IMG/VR virus record: IMGVR_UViG_3300044726_000156
Origin: a virus
Length of the DNA: 64,000 nt
Reading direction: 5' to 3' (one strand)
The notes beneath the pieces are model-generated. The model was not told the origin of the DNA and made no database searches. It saw nothing but the letters and a program-made list of their open reading frames with translations. Made by a program: the position numbers and the translations under genes. Below, one piece after another: positions 40,482 through 52,268 of the stretch (positions are counted from its first letter, which is position 1; the number at the start of each line of letters is the position of its first letter).

Positions 40482-43400
40482 TCAGTCGACGGGTTCGGCC
40501 TGCAGTGCCCTCCGCAGCGCCTCGTTCTGGATCAGGATGCCGTCGCCGCGCTCGCGCTTGCCGGCCGCCACTGCGCTGTGACGCAGCGACGAGGCGATCG
40601 ACGTCGACCTGATCGGCATGGTGCGGCCGTAGGTCGACTTGTTCCACTCGCGGATCTTGGCGATCGCGTCGCGGCGCCCGGCGTCGTCACCGAGCTTCAC
40701 CGCCATGGCATAGCCGTTGATGTAGGCTTGCCGGGTCACCTTGATGCGCTGCTCGGCGCCCTTCAGGCGCGAGGTCTCGTCCCACTTTTCGGCGATGTGG
40801 GCCGGAGTGAATCCGGTCGCCTGCGCGATCACCGACCACCAGCCGGTGTCGTCCTGCGAAATGATCGTCTCGCCCGTCTTGGTGGTGACGCCCTCGGTCA
40901 GGTAGCGATAGCTCTTCAGCACGTCCTTGGCCGCCTTGGGCAGGATGGTTTCGGTGCCGCGCCACGCATTGCCTTCGGCGAACAGATCGTAGCCGCGCAT
41001 GACCTGGTCGATGATGCCGGCCGGGGCGCCGACCCACTGCGACAGCATGTAGCTGTACATGTCCTTGCCGGTCTCGATGTCCTGGTTGGGCGAGCGGAAC
41101 CACAGGTCCGGCATGCCGACGCGGGATGTCAGGTCGACGCCGGTCAGCGTTCCGATCGGGCCGTGCAGCAGGACGTTGGACAGCACCGGGCCGAATATAT
41201 CTTTGATCGCCGCCTCGAAGTTTTCCTGCGCCGTGAAAGGGTCGTCGCCCTCGTCGCCGCCGCCAAAGATCGTCGCCATGATCGTCGAGGCGATGCCGTA
41301 CAGGAAGAACGCCGTGTTGTAGCCGGCCACCGCGGTGCCGCCGGCGACCAGCGCCTGCATGCCGAGGATGCCGGCGAGCTGGTAGCGGGCCTCGCGGCGC
41401 AGCTGCTTGGCCTCGACCAGGTCGGCCCCGGTCAGCCCCTTGATCGGCTTGAGGAACGACACATAGAGGTCGCGGCCGAGCCGGTAGAGCATGTTGATCT
41501 GGTAGGAGCGCATCGCCATGATCGTCTTCATGCCGGGCGTCGTCAGGTGCCGCGGCCGCGACGAGTTCGCGTAGTCGAAGTGGGTCTTCCAGACGATGTT
41601 GCTGGCGGTCTTGACGGCCGTGGCGTGGTTTTCACCGGCCTCGATGGCCAGCCGGTAGGCGGCCAGTCCGGTGACCCTGCGATTGATCACCTCGGCCTTG
41701 TGAAACATGATCGTCAGCGCGCCCATGACGCGCGTCCTGATCGGATTGTAGCCCGCGCCCTGCTCGCCGACGCCTTGGATGTCGTAGCTCTGCGTGTTGT
41801 CGATGACGCCGGCGTCGACCATGTCGTTCAGCGCCCGCTCTTCGGTCGCCGACATGCCGCGATTGGAGATCGCGTTGCGCGAGGCGCGCGCCACCGCCGA
41901 CGCAGCCTTCGACATGCTGCCGAACCGGCCAGCCATGATCGGAATGCCGACCATCGGTGTCTGCGCCAGATTGACCGCCGCGGCCGCCGGAGAGGCACCG
42001 AGATAGTATCCGAACGCGGAGGTCGCGGCCCACTGCGCCCACGCCTTGCCGGTCGGGTTCATCACCCAATTGTTGCGCTGCACCATCTCGTCGAAGATGT
42101 TGGTCGCCTGGATCTGCTCGGCCTCCGGCGCGTCCTTGGCGGCCAGGCCCATCTCGTCGATGGTGTCCTGCATATCAGGGGCGTGCTTGAGCTTGGCCAT
42201 CTGGTGGGCGGCGTGGAACATGTGGTTGGCGAAGACGCGCAGCGCGTCGTCGCTGTGCCCCGCGACCATGCTGCGGTGGATGGCGCGGCTCCTGACCGAC
42301 AGGTCCGGCATCGACTGCAGATGGCGCTGCCAGATCTGGTCGAGGATGTTGTCGCGGATCGCCCGCATTCCGGGGTCGTTGGCGTTGGGGATGCCGTCCA
42401 GCATCGCCTCGATCTCGGCGATGAAGGTCGGCTTGATGACCTCCGTCATGTGGTTCAGCTTCGACGGCATCTTGCCCGACTTGATGGTGTCGCCGGCCTG
42501 CAAGTGCGTCCGCGCCGCGGCCTTCATCTGCTTGGCCTGGAAGGCGCTCTCAGCCATCCCGAAATACACCAGCTTGCCGGTGTCGTCGCGGATCGCGACA
42601 TAATAGCTGCCGAACCGGCCGAGCGGGAAATACGGCGCCTTGACCTTGCGGGTCTCGAGCATCGAGCGCAGCCGGTTGACGCGGAAGCGCGCCGACCAGT
42701 GACCGCGCGCCTCGGCGGCGGCCGCAGCGGCGTTGAGCCGGGTGATCTCGGCCGTCTTCTCAGCGGCGGTCTTGCGCGGGTCGGCCTGGATCTCGGCCTC
42801 CTTGCGGGCGCGCTCGCGCTCGGCGGCACGGCGGGCGATCTCCTGCGCCTTGGTGACGTTGTCGAGCAGCAGCTGGTCCATCGCCTGTGACTGCTCCTTG
42901 TAGGCGTCGCGGACCTTGCGGTAGAGGTCGCGCCCGGCGTCCGGCATCGCGTCGAAGCGCGTCTTCAGCGCCGCATAGTCCGGCTCGAGCATGTCGTTGA
43001 GATCGTCAGGATCGACGCCGGCCTTGGTGGCGTCGTGCATCAGCGACGCCAGCGCCTGCATCTTGTCCTTGCCGGCTCGCCCGTACCTGCGCCAGTCCTG
43101 CACGATGTTGTCGGCGGCGTGGTGGAGGACGTTGCGCATGGTGTCCATCGCGCGCTTCTGGTCGATGTAGCGTTCGACGAACGCCTTCACCGATTTCGGC
43201 GACAGGTCCGGCATGTAGTTGAGGTAGACCGCGCCAAGCATGGCCGGCGTGGCGCCGGTCCACAGGCTCCTGATGCGGTCCTTGAGCTGCCACTTGCCGG
43301 GCTGGCGCAGCGTCGAGGCGGCGCCGCCGACGGCGCCGCGGACGTCGGCCAGCAGCTCGTTGATGACGCTGGCCTCGAGGACGTGCTCGCTGTCGGGGTC

Positions 43401-46400
43401 GAAGGTGCCGCGGTTGGCGGTCGACTTGATCTGGTTCGGACGGAACGCCACCCAGGCGTCGGCTTCGTACTCATCCGCGCCGTAGCGTTCGGACAAAAGC
43501 TTGTCGCCGACGATGTGGACGCCATCGTAGCCCTGCTTGATGTAGCGTTGCTGGATGCGCTCCATCTCCTCGGCGCGGCCGTCGGCGTCATAGTCCTGCA
43601 GATAGGCCCAGTCGCCGAGGCCGTTGACCATGTCGATGAACTCGACCGCCGACATCACGTAGGGGTTCTTGATCTTCAGGTAGACCGGCATGAGGTTGGC
43701 GCCGGCCTTATGGGTGAATTTGCGCGGCCAGGTCGTCTCGTCGGGGATCTCGCCGGCGAACATGTTGGCGATGCCGGTGTCGGCCGAGAACCAGAACCCG
43801 AGGTTCGCCGTGGAGTGGCCGGTGTTGGTGCCGCTCTCGTTGGGGTCGAAGCGCGAGAAGTCGGCGGTGGTGCCGTGATAGACGCGCAGCGGGTTGCCGT
43901 CGGCGTCGACCACCTTGCTGCCCTTGAACCACCGCTCGAATTGCGGCGTGCGCAGCCGATCGGAAACGTCGGCCGCTTCTAGTTCTGGAACATCTCCGGC
44001 AGCTCCGCTTCCAGCTCCGCGCTCCAATTGGCGGGCAGGTCCAGACCGTATGCCGACTCCAGATATTGTTCTCTCGTAAGTGGAAGGTTCAGCTCCACCA
44101 TCATCCCGAGCACCGGGTCGATACCAGCTTGGAGATTCAATTCCTCCGGCGAGACGGAGGATCTCAGATCTCGCGGCTTCTGCGGTGATTTCGCCATTTC
44201 GCACCCGCCTCCACACGGCGTCGATCATCTCGACATTGGCAGCCTGCGCCTTGAATGTGGCAGTGAACAGGCCGCGTACTGCCTCCCACGTAATAGACTG
44301 CAGCTCGCGCGGCAAGATACCAAGTTCAGCCGCAAGTTCACGATGAGCATCGGCGATCAGGCCGTAAGATCCACTGGTGCCTGAGATGCCGACATTCTTC
44401 ATCGACCGCCAGTTGCGGTCCTGGTCCTCGAGCGGCGGCGAGGTTCCGAAATTGTGGTTGACCTCATAGGAGCCGCCCGACAGCGCGCGCAGCAACGCCG
44501 CCGCGACGGCGTGGGTGTCGATCGTAACGTCGCCCTTCTTGGCCTTGGGCGCGAGGATGTTGTTGAAGAAGTTGCGGACCTTGTGCTTCTTGCCCATCCG
44601 CTTGGAGACGTTCTCATAGGACGGGTCGCGGATCACCGCGACCGCCTTGCCGATCTCCGACAGCGATCCCCATGCGACGTTGTCGACCAGGTCGCCGACG
44701 AAGTTACCCTCCGAGCTGACCTGCCGGTGACGCGGGTCGTGGTAGGTCTGGTCGTAGATCCTGACCCACATCGCCTGCATGGCGTAGACGTGCTTGGTGC
44801 CCTTGTACTGCTCGTCGATCTGGTCGAGCGTCTTGCCGCGGATCAGGTCGAGCATGGCGACCTTGTCGGGCTTGGTGCCGAACAGCACGTAGCCGTTCTC
44901 GCCCATCATGTTGGTCCACGGCGCCTTCGAGCGGAACGTCATAATGTCGAGCACGCGCTCGGCCAGGCTGACGTTCTGATACCAGTCCTTCTGCGGCGAC
45001 AGCGCCGCCAGCGCCCCGGCGATGACATGGTCGGGCAGCTTGTAGCGGACCATCCAGTCGTCGGTGATCTTGCGTGCGCCGTCGTACCAGAGCTTGGTGC
45101 GGTTGCGCTGCGCCGGCGGGATCTGATCGTACAGCCAGCGCAGATTGGCCTTGACCATGTCCTTGAACACGCGGGCGATGTGGTCGGAATTCCGGGTGGC
45201 GATGCCGCGCGGCATGTTCACGTACTGGGCGACCACCCGCATGTTGTGCTGGAAGGCGCCCTTGTTCGGCTCGGCCTTCATCGAGGCGGTGTCGACGGTG
45301 AGCCGCTCGACGAGCGGGTCCTCGGTCTTCGACACCAGATCGGGGAAGCGCGTCGAGATCCGAACCGGGCTGTCGCCGTCCTTCTGAACAGACGAGGTCG
45401 GAACCTCGCGGTCCTTGAACGGCGGCATGCTGGCCTCGAGCGACGGCCCCTGCTCCATCTCGGCGACGGCGGCCGGCGACCACGGGCCGTCGACCATCTC
45501 GCCGCCGTTCTTCCAGTTGACCCACGCCTTGACCCGCTCGATGCCGACCGCCTTGGCGACGCGGATGCGGGTGTTGCCCTCGTTCATAAATGCCTGGCCC
45601 TTGTGATTGACCATCACGAAGACCGGGTTCTCGTTGGTGTAGCCGCTCTCCTTCACCTTCTTCAGCAGGTTGTCGTACTGGAACTCACCCTCGGCGCGCT
45701 TGCCGTGCTCGTCCATGATGCCGGGCAGCTTCAGCAGCTCGTCGACCGGCAGGTAGAGATCGGATTTCTGGCCGGCGGTGGCGGTGGTGGCGCCGTAGGT
45801 GCCGCTCTTCGCCGGGCCAGGACGAGTGGCGTTGGCCATGTCCTCCTCGGCGTTGGCCTGCTTGCGGGCCAGCCATTCCTCGCCGCCCGAGTAGCCCTTC
45901 ACCGCCGGATTGTCCTGCGTGAAGCTCACCGGACGCGCCTCGACCGCCGGTGCGGCGCGCTGCACCGGACCCTTGAGCAGCTCCTTCTCGGTCGGGATCG
46001 AGCCATGCACGCGCTTGCGCGTGTCGTGGGGGTCGTCGACCCACTGGTCGCCCTTCTTGATGGTGTGCTGCACCACCACGGCCCAGCGGCCGTGCTCGTC
46101 AGGCTCGAAGGCGATCACCCTGTCGTGGGTGCCGCCATAGCTCTTCACGATATTTCCCGGCGTGTAATATTCGGAGACCCGCGCCATGAATTCGGCGCGC
46201 TCACGCTCGGCCTTGGTCGGCTTCTTCGGCTTTACTGCCGCTTCGCCGCCAGCTTTTTGTCCAGGTTTAGCCGGTCCCGCAGCCGGCTTTGCGCCGACGC
46301 CAGCATCTCGTTTCGCTGACGGCCGGGTGGTAGCGCCGCCATCTCGTCCCTGAAGGACCGCAAGATCTGCGGTGTGGCGAACGGGTCCGGCTGGTCGATC

Positions 46401-49400
46401 AGCATCGGCGGTTCCGCCGAGGGCTTTGCGGTGTTTGGCGACGACTTTGTCATAGGCTTCCTTGATACCAGGGATCGCCAACATAGGCGAGCCGGCAATG
46501 CGGCCGACGACGTCATAGTCGACAATGCCTGCCTCCTGCAGGGCCAGGTTGGAGAGGTGGTGGAATTCGGGGCTGGCGTCCTCGACCGTGGTCACGCCGT
46601 CCATGATCGCCTGCTGCATGGCGCGGATGATCGGCTTGGTGGCGTCGTCCAGATACCGCTTCACGCGCGATGTGTGGTCGGTTTCGTGGTAGCCGAGCTT
46701 GGCGCCCTTGATCAGGAAGGCGCGACCGGCCGCCGTCGCCGCCATGCGGAACGAGGTCGCGCCGTTGTGTAGGTGCGCGTAGATCGCCGTAACGCCGGGC
46801 AACGCGGCGACGGAAACGTCGGCCTCGCTCAGCGACACGCCGATCGGATGGTTGTGGTGGATGACCACCTGTTCCGTAGCATTGGTCAGGATCCGCCAGA
46901 TCCGCGGCGACAGGCTGACCGAGCTTTTCTTGCCTTCGCCGTTGCCGACGACATCGCCGTTGGCGTCGACGATGACCATGTTCTCGTTCTTGTTGGCCTT
47001 GCCGCGGGTGATCACCAAATCCTTGGCGGTGTCGCCCTTCTGGCCGTCGAGCGTGATGTCGATGCCGTGGTCGACATAGCGGTTCGGAATGCTGTCCGGC
47101 CCGTTGTTGCGCGCGATCGTGCGCGTGAAGCCTGCCGCGACCGGCGGCTTCGTCTGCACGGTCGCCGCCGCACGGTCCTGGTTCTCGGACATCGACGCAC
47201 GCGCAGTCGGGTCCTGCGCCATGAAGAAGGCGTAGGCGAATCCCTCCGGCGTCAGCGACCGCTCGGCCTTGTCGTAAGGATTGTCGCCGCGCAGCTTGGA
47301 CTGCATCTTGGAGCCTTGCACAGGCTCGACCGGGGCGATCGGCAGGTCGGTGGAGAACGACCCCCACAGCCGCGTCTCCTTGGTGTAGCTGTCACCGAAA
47401 TCGGTCGGATCGAACACCATCAGCGGCTTCGGCAATCCGGTCATTTCCGAGATGCGGCCGCGCGGGTTTTCGAGGACGTGGAACTGCGGCTTGAACAGGT
47501 CCACGTAGGCGCCCGTCATGTGGACCATCCAGGCATTGGCGGCGAGCGGTGTGTCGAAGTGCATCGCCGCCTTTGGTCCGAACCGCTTCAGCACCTCGAC
47601 CGGATTCGGCTTGTCGTGCAGGGTTGGCCAGTGCTGCGCGCCGGACCCGGCGAAGGTGGTGCAGGGGCAGGCGCTGAGCACCCCCACGACGGTGTAATCC
47701 TTGCCAAGCGCCTCCTCGATGTCGCTCTGAATGACGGCCGGCGATTCCTCGAAGATGTCGATGCCGTGGTCGATGTCGATCTGAACGACGTGGTAGCCGG
47801 CGTCGCGGAACGGCTTCGACCAGGACCCCGAGGAATCGAACAGCGAGATGATCACCCGCTTCGAATTGTCGACCTTCGCGCCGATCGCCTTGGCGGTCGC
47901 CTTCCAATCGTCGACGCGGGCGCGCGCCTCGTCCTCGCCGATCGTCGCGTGGCCCTTGGCCGGGTCGATGGTCTTTTTCGGCGTCGGAAAAACCCAGTCG
48001 CCCTCTTTCGTACCGTAGTGAAAATTGTCCTTTTCCGGGTCGTAGCTGATCAGCCCCCCTTCGACGCGGCCCTTCATCAGGATGTCGGCGATCTCGTTGC
48101 CGGCCGCCTCCTCCTCCTCTGGTGTAGAGGCGAAGATCTCCAGCAGCTTGTCCGACAGCTGCTCCTCTGGGGTCCGGGCGCGCTTCTTGCGGAGCTTGGC
48201 CGGCGGGCCGGGGATCTCGGTCGTCTCGGTCGCCGGTGCCTTTCCACGCGGCAGGCTGTCGATGAACGCGCCGATCTTCTTGGCCGCGGTGCCGTCGTTG
48301 TCGGCGTTGGGCAGATGCGCGAACAGCGGCCCGGTGTCGATCACCAGCTGGCCGGGGAAAGCCTTCGCCATCTTGTCGCCAAAACGGGCCAGGTCGGAGC
48401 CGGGAGGCGCCTCTTTGATGCGCCCTCGGATGTCGCCCCACTGCTTGTCGAGCTTCTGAGCCGCGTCGCGCAGCAGCGGGTGGTTGTAATAGTCGACGAT
48501 CTGGTCCTGTGCGCCCTTGTTGAACCAGCCGTCGTCCTTGCCGACGCCAAAGAACGGATACCACTTGCCGGTCGCTACCTTCTCTTTGCCGCCGGCCCCG
48601 GTCGAAATGTAGAACGGCACCTGGACGCCGCCGATATCGACCATCGTGATGATGCGGCCGCCGCGCCGGAAGAACGGGAACTTGGGATCGATAGTGCCAA
48701 CCACCAGCGGCTGGCCCTTGGCCTGCGGCTTGTCCGACAGGATGACCGCAGCCATCTGCTTCTCTTCGTCCGTCCACTGGCCGTAGAACAGCTCGGTCGC
48801 GCCGACCTGCTTCCTGAGTTCCTCGAAGCTGATGCCCTTCTTTTCGGACGCCTCGCGCACCTGTTTGGCGGTCAGCGGAGTGACTGGCTCCGACGCCGCC
48901 GCCGGCGCCTTTGGCGGTACGCCGGCGGCGGGCTTCGCCGCAGCGGAAGGAACTGACGCCGCGGGTTCTCCGGTTTGCTTAGCCGGCTTGGCCTTCTCCT
49001 TGGCGTGCTCGGCCTGCATGCGCTTGACCACGTCCGGCCGCACCCGATGCACGACCTTGCCGAGATCGGCCGCCTGCCTGGCGCGCGAGAAATAGTCGTC
49101 GACCAACGCGCCGGCGCTCTCGAAGGAGATGTTCATCTTGTCGGCGATCGCCTGCTGCGTGACGCGATCGACTTCGCCACGCTGCTTGGGAGCCACCGAC
49201 GAGCGCGCCGCACCGAGATCGTACAGCGTGGCGTGGCCGGCGTCGGGGAACGTGGTCGGCTTCAGCTCGCCGTCGCGAACCGGAACGTCGCGCTGCAAGG
49301 AAGTCGTCGACTTTTTTGCAGGGGGCGCAGCCGGGGCCGCAGTGGGCGCGGCCGCCGGCTTTGCCCCAGTCGTCACGGGTGACGCCGGACGTGCCTGAGA

Positions 49401-52268
49401 CCCTGCGACGGTACGCTGGCGGGCCAGCTTCTGCAACGTCGCGGCAGCTTCCGCGTCGGACATCGCGTCGAAATCGTCGCGATTGACGCCGCCCCATTTC
49501 AGGAGATCGACGACCTCCTGCTGCTCCGGCGTCAGTTGCTCGGCCGCACCGACCTCGGTCGGTGCGGCCTCGCCACCCGCGGTTGGCGACGCGGTCGCGC
49601 CTGCGGGCATCCCTGTCACGTCCGCCCCGGCCGTCGGGGGTGTTTCTTCAGCCGGGGCGGCGAGCGGCGAGACCTGCGCGATCGGCACGGTGCCGACCTC
49701 GCCGTCATCAAACTTGACGTTCGGATCGCCGTTTGGATCGTAGCTCTCGATGACGCCGGTAGTCATCCCCTCCGGCCCGTCGACGCCGGGGATCTGGATC
49801 GTCACCCTTGTTCCGGGCGGCGCCGCTCCGTTGGCGACCGCCTGTTGAGTTACCTGGCGCTGGGCTTCCGTCTCACCGTGGTCAAGGGCGCTCTCCAAAG
49901 CCCCTTTTGGACGGGTCGGGAGATTGGCGCCGGCGACCATGCCGGCGCGCTCTGCAGGCGATGTGACCACGCCGCCCGGGGGTCCACCGGCAGGGGGTGT
50001 TTGCGCGCCAGCCGCCGGTGGTGGTTCTGCTGTCTCGTCAGCGGGAGGCGTGGGTGCCGCGGCTTCGTCCGAACTCACCGCACCGGCCGCGCCGCCGATA
50101 CCGCCGCCCATGATGCCGCCGGTCACCGCGCCGCCGAGCGCGGCGTTGGCGACGCCCTCCGTCAGCTCGCGGTTCGGATCGACATTGCCGACGCCGATAT
50201 TGGTGGCGACCTGCTCGGAGCCACTCTGAACGGTCTCCTCGAGCGCCTCGCCGACGGCTTCCTTGGCCGCGCCCTTGAGGATGCGCTTCTTGACGCCGCC
50301 GCTGAGACCTTTGGACAGGATGTCGGTCAGGATCTTGTCGCCGCGGCCGCCGACCATGCCGGTGGTGACGCCGGCGATCAGTCCGGCCTGCGCCGCCGAA
50401 TCATTGGTGATCGTCGCCTTGGCGTCTTCTGGCGTCATGCCCTCGGCGATCAGTGCCTTGTAGCTGTCGCTCTGTTCCCAGACCTCCTGTGGCAGCGCCG
50501 CCATTTCGGCGCGCACGGCCTCGGACGTCGAGCCGCCGGCCAGCAGACCCTCGCCGACGCCACCGGCCAGCAGCGCCGTCTTGGCTGCCTGCTTCGACGC
50601 CACTTGCTTGGTCAGGCCGGCGGCGACCGCGGCCTTGAACGTGCCGCGTGCCAGCAGCTGCGCCGGACCCATGGTCAGAACGGACGACGGCAGCGATTCG
50701 ACAATGCCCGACAGATACGCGCGCGGGTCGGACCAGGCGTCTCCGAGCTGGCCGTTTTCCGAATCCCACCAATCCTTTTCGCGCGCCGCCTGCGTCTTCT
50801 TCGACAGCGCGTCGGTGTAGGCTTTGGTCTCCTCGGCGAACAGCTGCTCGGTCGGCTTGCCGGTGATGACCTCGTCGATCTTGCTCATCCCGGCTTCGAT
50901 GTAGTCGCCGCCTGGCAGGGCGCGCACGATCTCACGCAGCGCATGGCCCGGCATCTGCGCGCCGAGCACCAGAAGGTTGCCGATGTCGCTCATCAGGCCG
51001 GGCTGCTCGGCGTCCCACTTCTCCTTCCACTTTTCGTAGCCAGCGGCGGGGATCTGGATGAGCGGCTTCTTGCCGTCGGCGATGCGCTGGGCGTTGACGG
51101 CGGCGAGCGGGTCGTCCGGCTTGACCGTCGCCGTCGCCCCCGCCGTCCCGCCGACCGTCCCGCCCACCGTCGGCGGCGCCGCTGCCTGCTTGAAGCTGGC
51201 CATCGGGTCGAACGATTTGATGCCGAACGTGTCGGGCATGTTGTCGGGCGCGATCTCGGCGTCCTTGTTGACGACGATGCGCGCCATGCCGCTCGGTGAC
51301 TGCGCGACAGATCCGGTGGTGCCGTAGTCGATCGAGTTGTCGCCGACCGCGCCGGCGTACTCGAAGTGCATCGGATCTTTTCTGCCCTTGAAGTCGCCGC
51401 CCCAGACCAGGCCGTGCTTGGCGGCCAGCTCGCGGATGTTGCTGGGGAGATCGGATTTGCCACCGCCGAGCGGGTTGGTGACGGCGTTCAAGTCGATCGC
51501 CGTGCCGAACGCATGCTGCGACAGCTTGTTGCCGCCGCGGATCTTGCGGTAGTTGAAGCCGCCGGACGATTTGACGTTGTAGCCTTGAGCGGCGAGGTCC
51601 GAGATCAGGCCGTTGAAGGCCGCGGCCGCCGGCTTGTAGACCGTCCACTTCTGACCCTTGACCGGCTCGATCGTGGTCAGGTTGTCGCGCTGCCACGCTG
51701 GATCCTTGGGATCGCCGATGGTAGCGGTATTGGCCCAGTTGGCTTTGCCGCTGCCGGCGCCGCCGGTGCGGCGCGGCTTGCCCTCGGCCTTGGCGCCGCC
51801 GCTCGTATAGAACTCGTGCTGGCCGATCTTGGCGGTCTTCTTGAGGCCACCGGCCCAGCCGGGCTTGACGTAGTCGGCGTGGTAGTGGTCGGCCCCTCCC
51901 GTGATATCCGGCAGCGCGCCGGTCATCACGCCGTCGACGATGCGCTCGGCCTCGGCGCGGATCGCCGGATCGCGCTGCGCCTTGCGCGCGCCAGCGCCTG
52001 GATGCTCGTAGCCGGTGAACTGCTTGCGCTCCTTGACGACGGCGTCCGGGTCCAGCCCGCGCTTCTCGGCGCGGTTCTTGATGACGCCGGCGACCGCCTG
52101 CATGCCCTTGGAGCCTTCACCAGCGGCTTCGGCGATGACGGTGTCGACAACTGCGCTGCGGTTGCGAGAATGCGCTGGCGGGGCTGCCTTGGCCGCAGGC
52201 GCGGGCGTTGCAGCCGGCTGCTGCGCCGTCGGCTCGAACGAGAACCCCTTGACGACGATTCGTTCCAC
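40482..52268 (-). CDS. Giant internal virion / ejection polyvalent protein (~3,928 aa, PLxRFG type)
   Basis: GTG overlaps the upstream TAG. Domains seen: SleB-type hydrolase, M15 peptidase, C5-MTase, JAB-like, ParB-like, glycosylase-like, ART-like, and C-terminal PYFPLGRFG. Confidence 0.9.
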   Translation of the reverse strand: MERIVVKGFSFEPTAQQPAATPAPAAKAAPPAHSRNRSAVVDTVIAEAAGEGSKGMQAVAGVIKNRAEKRGLDPDAVVKERKQFTGYEHPGAGARKAQRDPAIRAEAERIVDGVMTGALPDITGGADHYHADYVKPGWAGGLKKTAKIGQHEFYTSGGAKAEGKPRRTGGAGSGKANWANTATIGDPKDPAWQRDNLTTIEPVKGQKWTVYKPAAAAFNGLISDLAAQGYNVKSSGGFNYRKIRGGNKLSQHAFGTAIDLNAVTNPLGGGKSDLPSNIRELAAKHGLVWGGDFKGRKDPMHFEYAGAVGDNSIDYGTTGSVAQSPSGMARIVVNKDAEIAPDNMPDTFGIKSFDPMASFKQAAAPPTVGGTVGGTAGATATVKPDDPLAAVNAQRIADGKKPLIQIPAAGYEKWKEKWDAEQPGLMSDIGNLLVLGAQMPGHALREIVRALPGGDYIEAGMSKIDEVITGKPTEQLFAEETKAYTDALSKKTQAAREKDWWDSENGQLGDAWSDPRAYLSGIVESLPSSVLTMGPAQLLARGTFKAAVAAGLTKQVASKQAAKTALLAGGVGEGLLAGGSTSEAVRAEMAALPQEVWEQSDSYKALIAEGMTPEDAKATITNDSAAQAGLIAGVTTGMVGGRGDKILTDILSKGLSGGVKKRILKGAAKEAVGEALEETVQSGSEQVATNIGVGNVDPNRELTEGVANAALGGAVTGGIMGGGIGGAAGAVSSDEAAAPTPPADETAEPPPAAGAQTPPAGGPPGGVVTSPAERAGMVAGANLPTRPKGALESALDHGETEAQRQVTQQAVANGAAPPGTRVTIQIPGVDGPEGMTTGVIESYDPNGDPNVKFDDGEVGTVPIAQVSPLAAPAEETPPTAGADVTGMPAGATASPTAGGEAAPTEVGAAEQLTPEQQEVVDLLKWGGVNRDDFDAMSDAEAAATLQKLARQRTVAGSQARPASPVTTGAKPAAAPTAAPAAPPAKKSTTSLQRDVPVRDGELKPTTFPDAGHATLYDLGAARSSVAPKQRGEVDRVTQQAIADKMNISFESAGALVDDYFSRARQAADLGKVVHRVRPDVVKRMQAEHAKEKAKPAKQTGEPAASVPSAAAKPAAGVPPKAPAAASEPVTPLTAKQVREASEKKGISFEELRKQVGATELFYGQWTDEEKQMAAVILSDKPQAKGQPLVVGTIDPKFPFFRRGGRIITMVDIGGVQVPFYISTGAGGKEKVATGKWYPFFGVGKDDGWFNKGAQDQIVDYYNHPLLRDAAQKLDKQWGDIRGRIKEAPPGSDLARFGDKMAKAFPGQLVIDTGPLFAHLPNADNDGTAAKKIGAFIDSLPRGKAPATETTEIPGPPAKLRKKRARTPEEQLSDKLLEIFASTPEEEEAAGNEIADILMKGRVEGGLISYDPEKDNFHYGTKEGDWVFPTPKKTIDPAKGHATIGEDEARARVDDWKATAKAIGAKVDNSKRVIISLFDSSGSWSKPFRDAGYHVVQIDIDHGIDIFEESPAVIQSDIEEALGKDYTVVGVLSACPCTTFAGSGAQHWPTLHDKPNPVEVLKRFGPKAAMHFDTPLAANAWMVHMTGAYVDLFKPQFHVLENPRGRISEMTGLPKPLMVFDPTDFGDSYTKETRLWGSFSTDLPIAPVEPVQGSKMQSKLRGDNPYDKAERSLTPEGFAYAFFMAQDPTARASMSENQDRAAATVQTKPPVAAGFTRTIARNNGPDSIPNRYVDHGIDITLDGQKGDTAKDLVITRGKANKNENMVIVDANGDVVGNGEGKKSSVSLSPRIWRILTNATEQVVIHHNHPIGVSLSEADVSVAALPGVTAIYAHLHNGATSFRMAATAAGRAFLIKGAKLGYHETDHTSRVKRYLDDATKPIIRAMQQAIMDGVTTVEDASPEFHHLSNLALQEAGIVDYDVVGRIAGSPMLAIPGIKEAYDKVVAKHRKALGGTADADRPAGPVRHTADLAVLQGRDGGATTRPSAKRDAGVGAKPAAGPAKPGQKAGGEAAVKPKKPTKAERERAEFMARVSEYYTPGNIVKSYGGTHDRVIAFEPDEHGRWAVVVQHTIKKGDQWVDDPHDTRKRVHGSIPTEKELLKGPVQRAAPAVEARPVSFTQDNPAVKGYSGGEEWLARKQANAEEDMANATRPGPAKSGTYGATTATAGQKSDLYLPVDELLKLPGIMDEHGKRAEGEFQYDNLLKKVKESGYTNENPVFVMVNHKGQAFMNEGNTRIRVAKAVGIERVKAWVNWKNGGEMVDGPWSPAAVAEMEQGPSLEASMPPFKDREVPTSSVQKDGDSPVRISTRFPDLVSKTEDPLVERLTVDTASMKAEPNKGAFQHNMRVVAQYVNMPRGIATRNSDHIARVFKDMVKANLRWLYDQIPPAQRNRTKLWYDGARKITDDWMVRYKLPDHVIAGALAALSPQKDWYQNVSLAERVLDIMTFRSKAPWTNMMGENGYVLFGTKPDKVAMLDLIRGKTLDQIDEQYKGTKHVYAMQAMWVRIYDQTYHDPRHRQVSSEGNFVGDLVDNVAWGSLSEIGKAVAVIRDPSYENVSKRMGKKHKVRNFFNNILAPKAKKGDVTIDTHAVAAALLRALSGGSYEVNHNFGTSPPLEDQDRNWRSMKNVGISGTSGSYGLIADAHRELAAELGILPRELQSITWEAVRGLFTATFKAQAANVEMIDAVWRRVRNGEITAEAARSEILRLAGGIESPSWYRPGARDDGGAEPSTYERTISGVGIRSGPARQLERGAGSGAAGDVPELEAADVSDRLRTPQFERWFKGSKVVDADGNPLRVYHGTTADFSRFDPNESGTNTGHSTANLGFWFSADTGIANMFAGEIPDETTWPRKFTHKAGANLMPVYLKIKNPYVMSAVEFIDMVNGLGDWAYLQDYDADGRAEEMERIQQRYIKQGYDGVHIVGDKLLSERYGADEYEADAWVAFRPNQIKSTANRGTFDPDSEHVLEASVINELLADVRGAVGGAASTLRQPGKWQLKDRIRSLWTGATPAMLGAVYLNYMPDLSPKSVKAFVERYIDQKRAMDTMRNVLHHAADNIVQDWRRYGRAGKDKMQALASLMHDATKAGVDPDDLNDMLEPDYAALKTRFDAMPDAGRDLYRKVRDAYKEQSQAMDQLLLDNVTKAQEIARRAAERERARKEAEIQADPRKTAAEKTAEITRLNAAAAAAEARGHWSARFRVNRLRSMLETRKVKAPYFPLGRFGSYYVAIRDDTGKLVYFGMAESAFQAKQMKAAARTHLQAGDTIKSGKMPSKLNHMTEVIKPTFIAEIEAMLDGIPNANDPGMRAIRDNILDQIWQRHLQSMPDLSVRSRAIHRSMVAGHSDDALRVFANHMFHAAHQMAKLKHAPDMQDTIDEMGLAAKDAPEAEQIQATNIFDEMVQRNNWVMNPTGKAWAQWAATSAFGYYLGASPAAAAVNLAQTPMVGIPIMAGRFGSMSKAASAVARASRNAISNRGMSATEERALNDMVDAGVIDNTQSYDIQGVGEQGAGYNPIRTRVMGALTIMFHKAEVINRRVTGLAAYRLAIEAGENHATAVKTASNIVWKTHFDYANSSRPRHLTTPGMKTIMAMRSYQINMLYRLGRDLYVSFLKPIKGLTGADLVEAKQLRREARYQLAGILGMQALVAGGTAVAGYNTAFFLYGIASTIMATIFGGGDEGDDPFTAQENFEAAIKDIFGPVLSNVLLHGPIGTLTGVDLTSRVGMPDLWFRSPNQDIETGKDMYSYMLSQWVGAPAGIIDQVMRGYDLFAEGNAWRGTETILPKAAKDVLKSYRYLTEGVTTKTGETIISQDDTGWWSVIAQATGFTPAHIAEKWDETSRLKGAEQRIKVTRQAYINGYAMAVKLGDDAGRRDAIAKIREWNKSTYGRTMPIRSTSIASSLRHSAVAAGKRERGDGILIQNEALRRALQAEPVD
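43979..44197 (-). CDS. Nested overprinted gene (72 aa) inside the giant gene, alternate frame
   Basis: GGAGG 10 nt before the ATG; better GC3 than the host frame; GIDPVL..M....[10 protein letters not shown]...W.AE.EAELP. Confidence 0.7.
   Translation of the reverse strand: MAKSPQKPRDLRSSVSPEELNLQAGIDPVLGMMVELNLPLTREQYLESAYGLDLPANWSAELEAELPEMFQN
46232..46405 (-). CDS. Nested overprinted gene (57 aa) inside the giant gene, alternate frame
   Basis: [26 protein letters not shown]...; 8/57 codons end in A/T versus 33/58 in the host frame (hand count). Confidence 0.68.
   Translation of the reverse strand: MLIDQPDPFATPQILRSFRDEMAALPPGRQRNEMLASAQSRLRDRLNLDKKLAAKRQ

Noticed and set aside
39798-42890. 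1030-aa plus-strand ORF and similar long antisense ORFs (e.g. 4524-5840, 29445-30647, 44454-46319, 46773-48956, 55716-57635)
   Set aside because: Shadow frames of GC-rich genes. They have no RBS or family motifs and lie fully opposite well-supported genes.
48979-49497. Alternate-frame ORF in the giant gene with strikingly C-ending codons ([20 protein letters not shown]...)
   Set aside because: Its third position is the host frame's second position in a Pro/Ala/Thr linker, so the C bias is forced. It has no SD and is not protein-like, unlike the two accepted nested genes.
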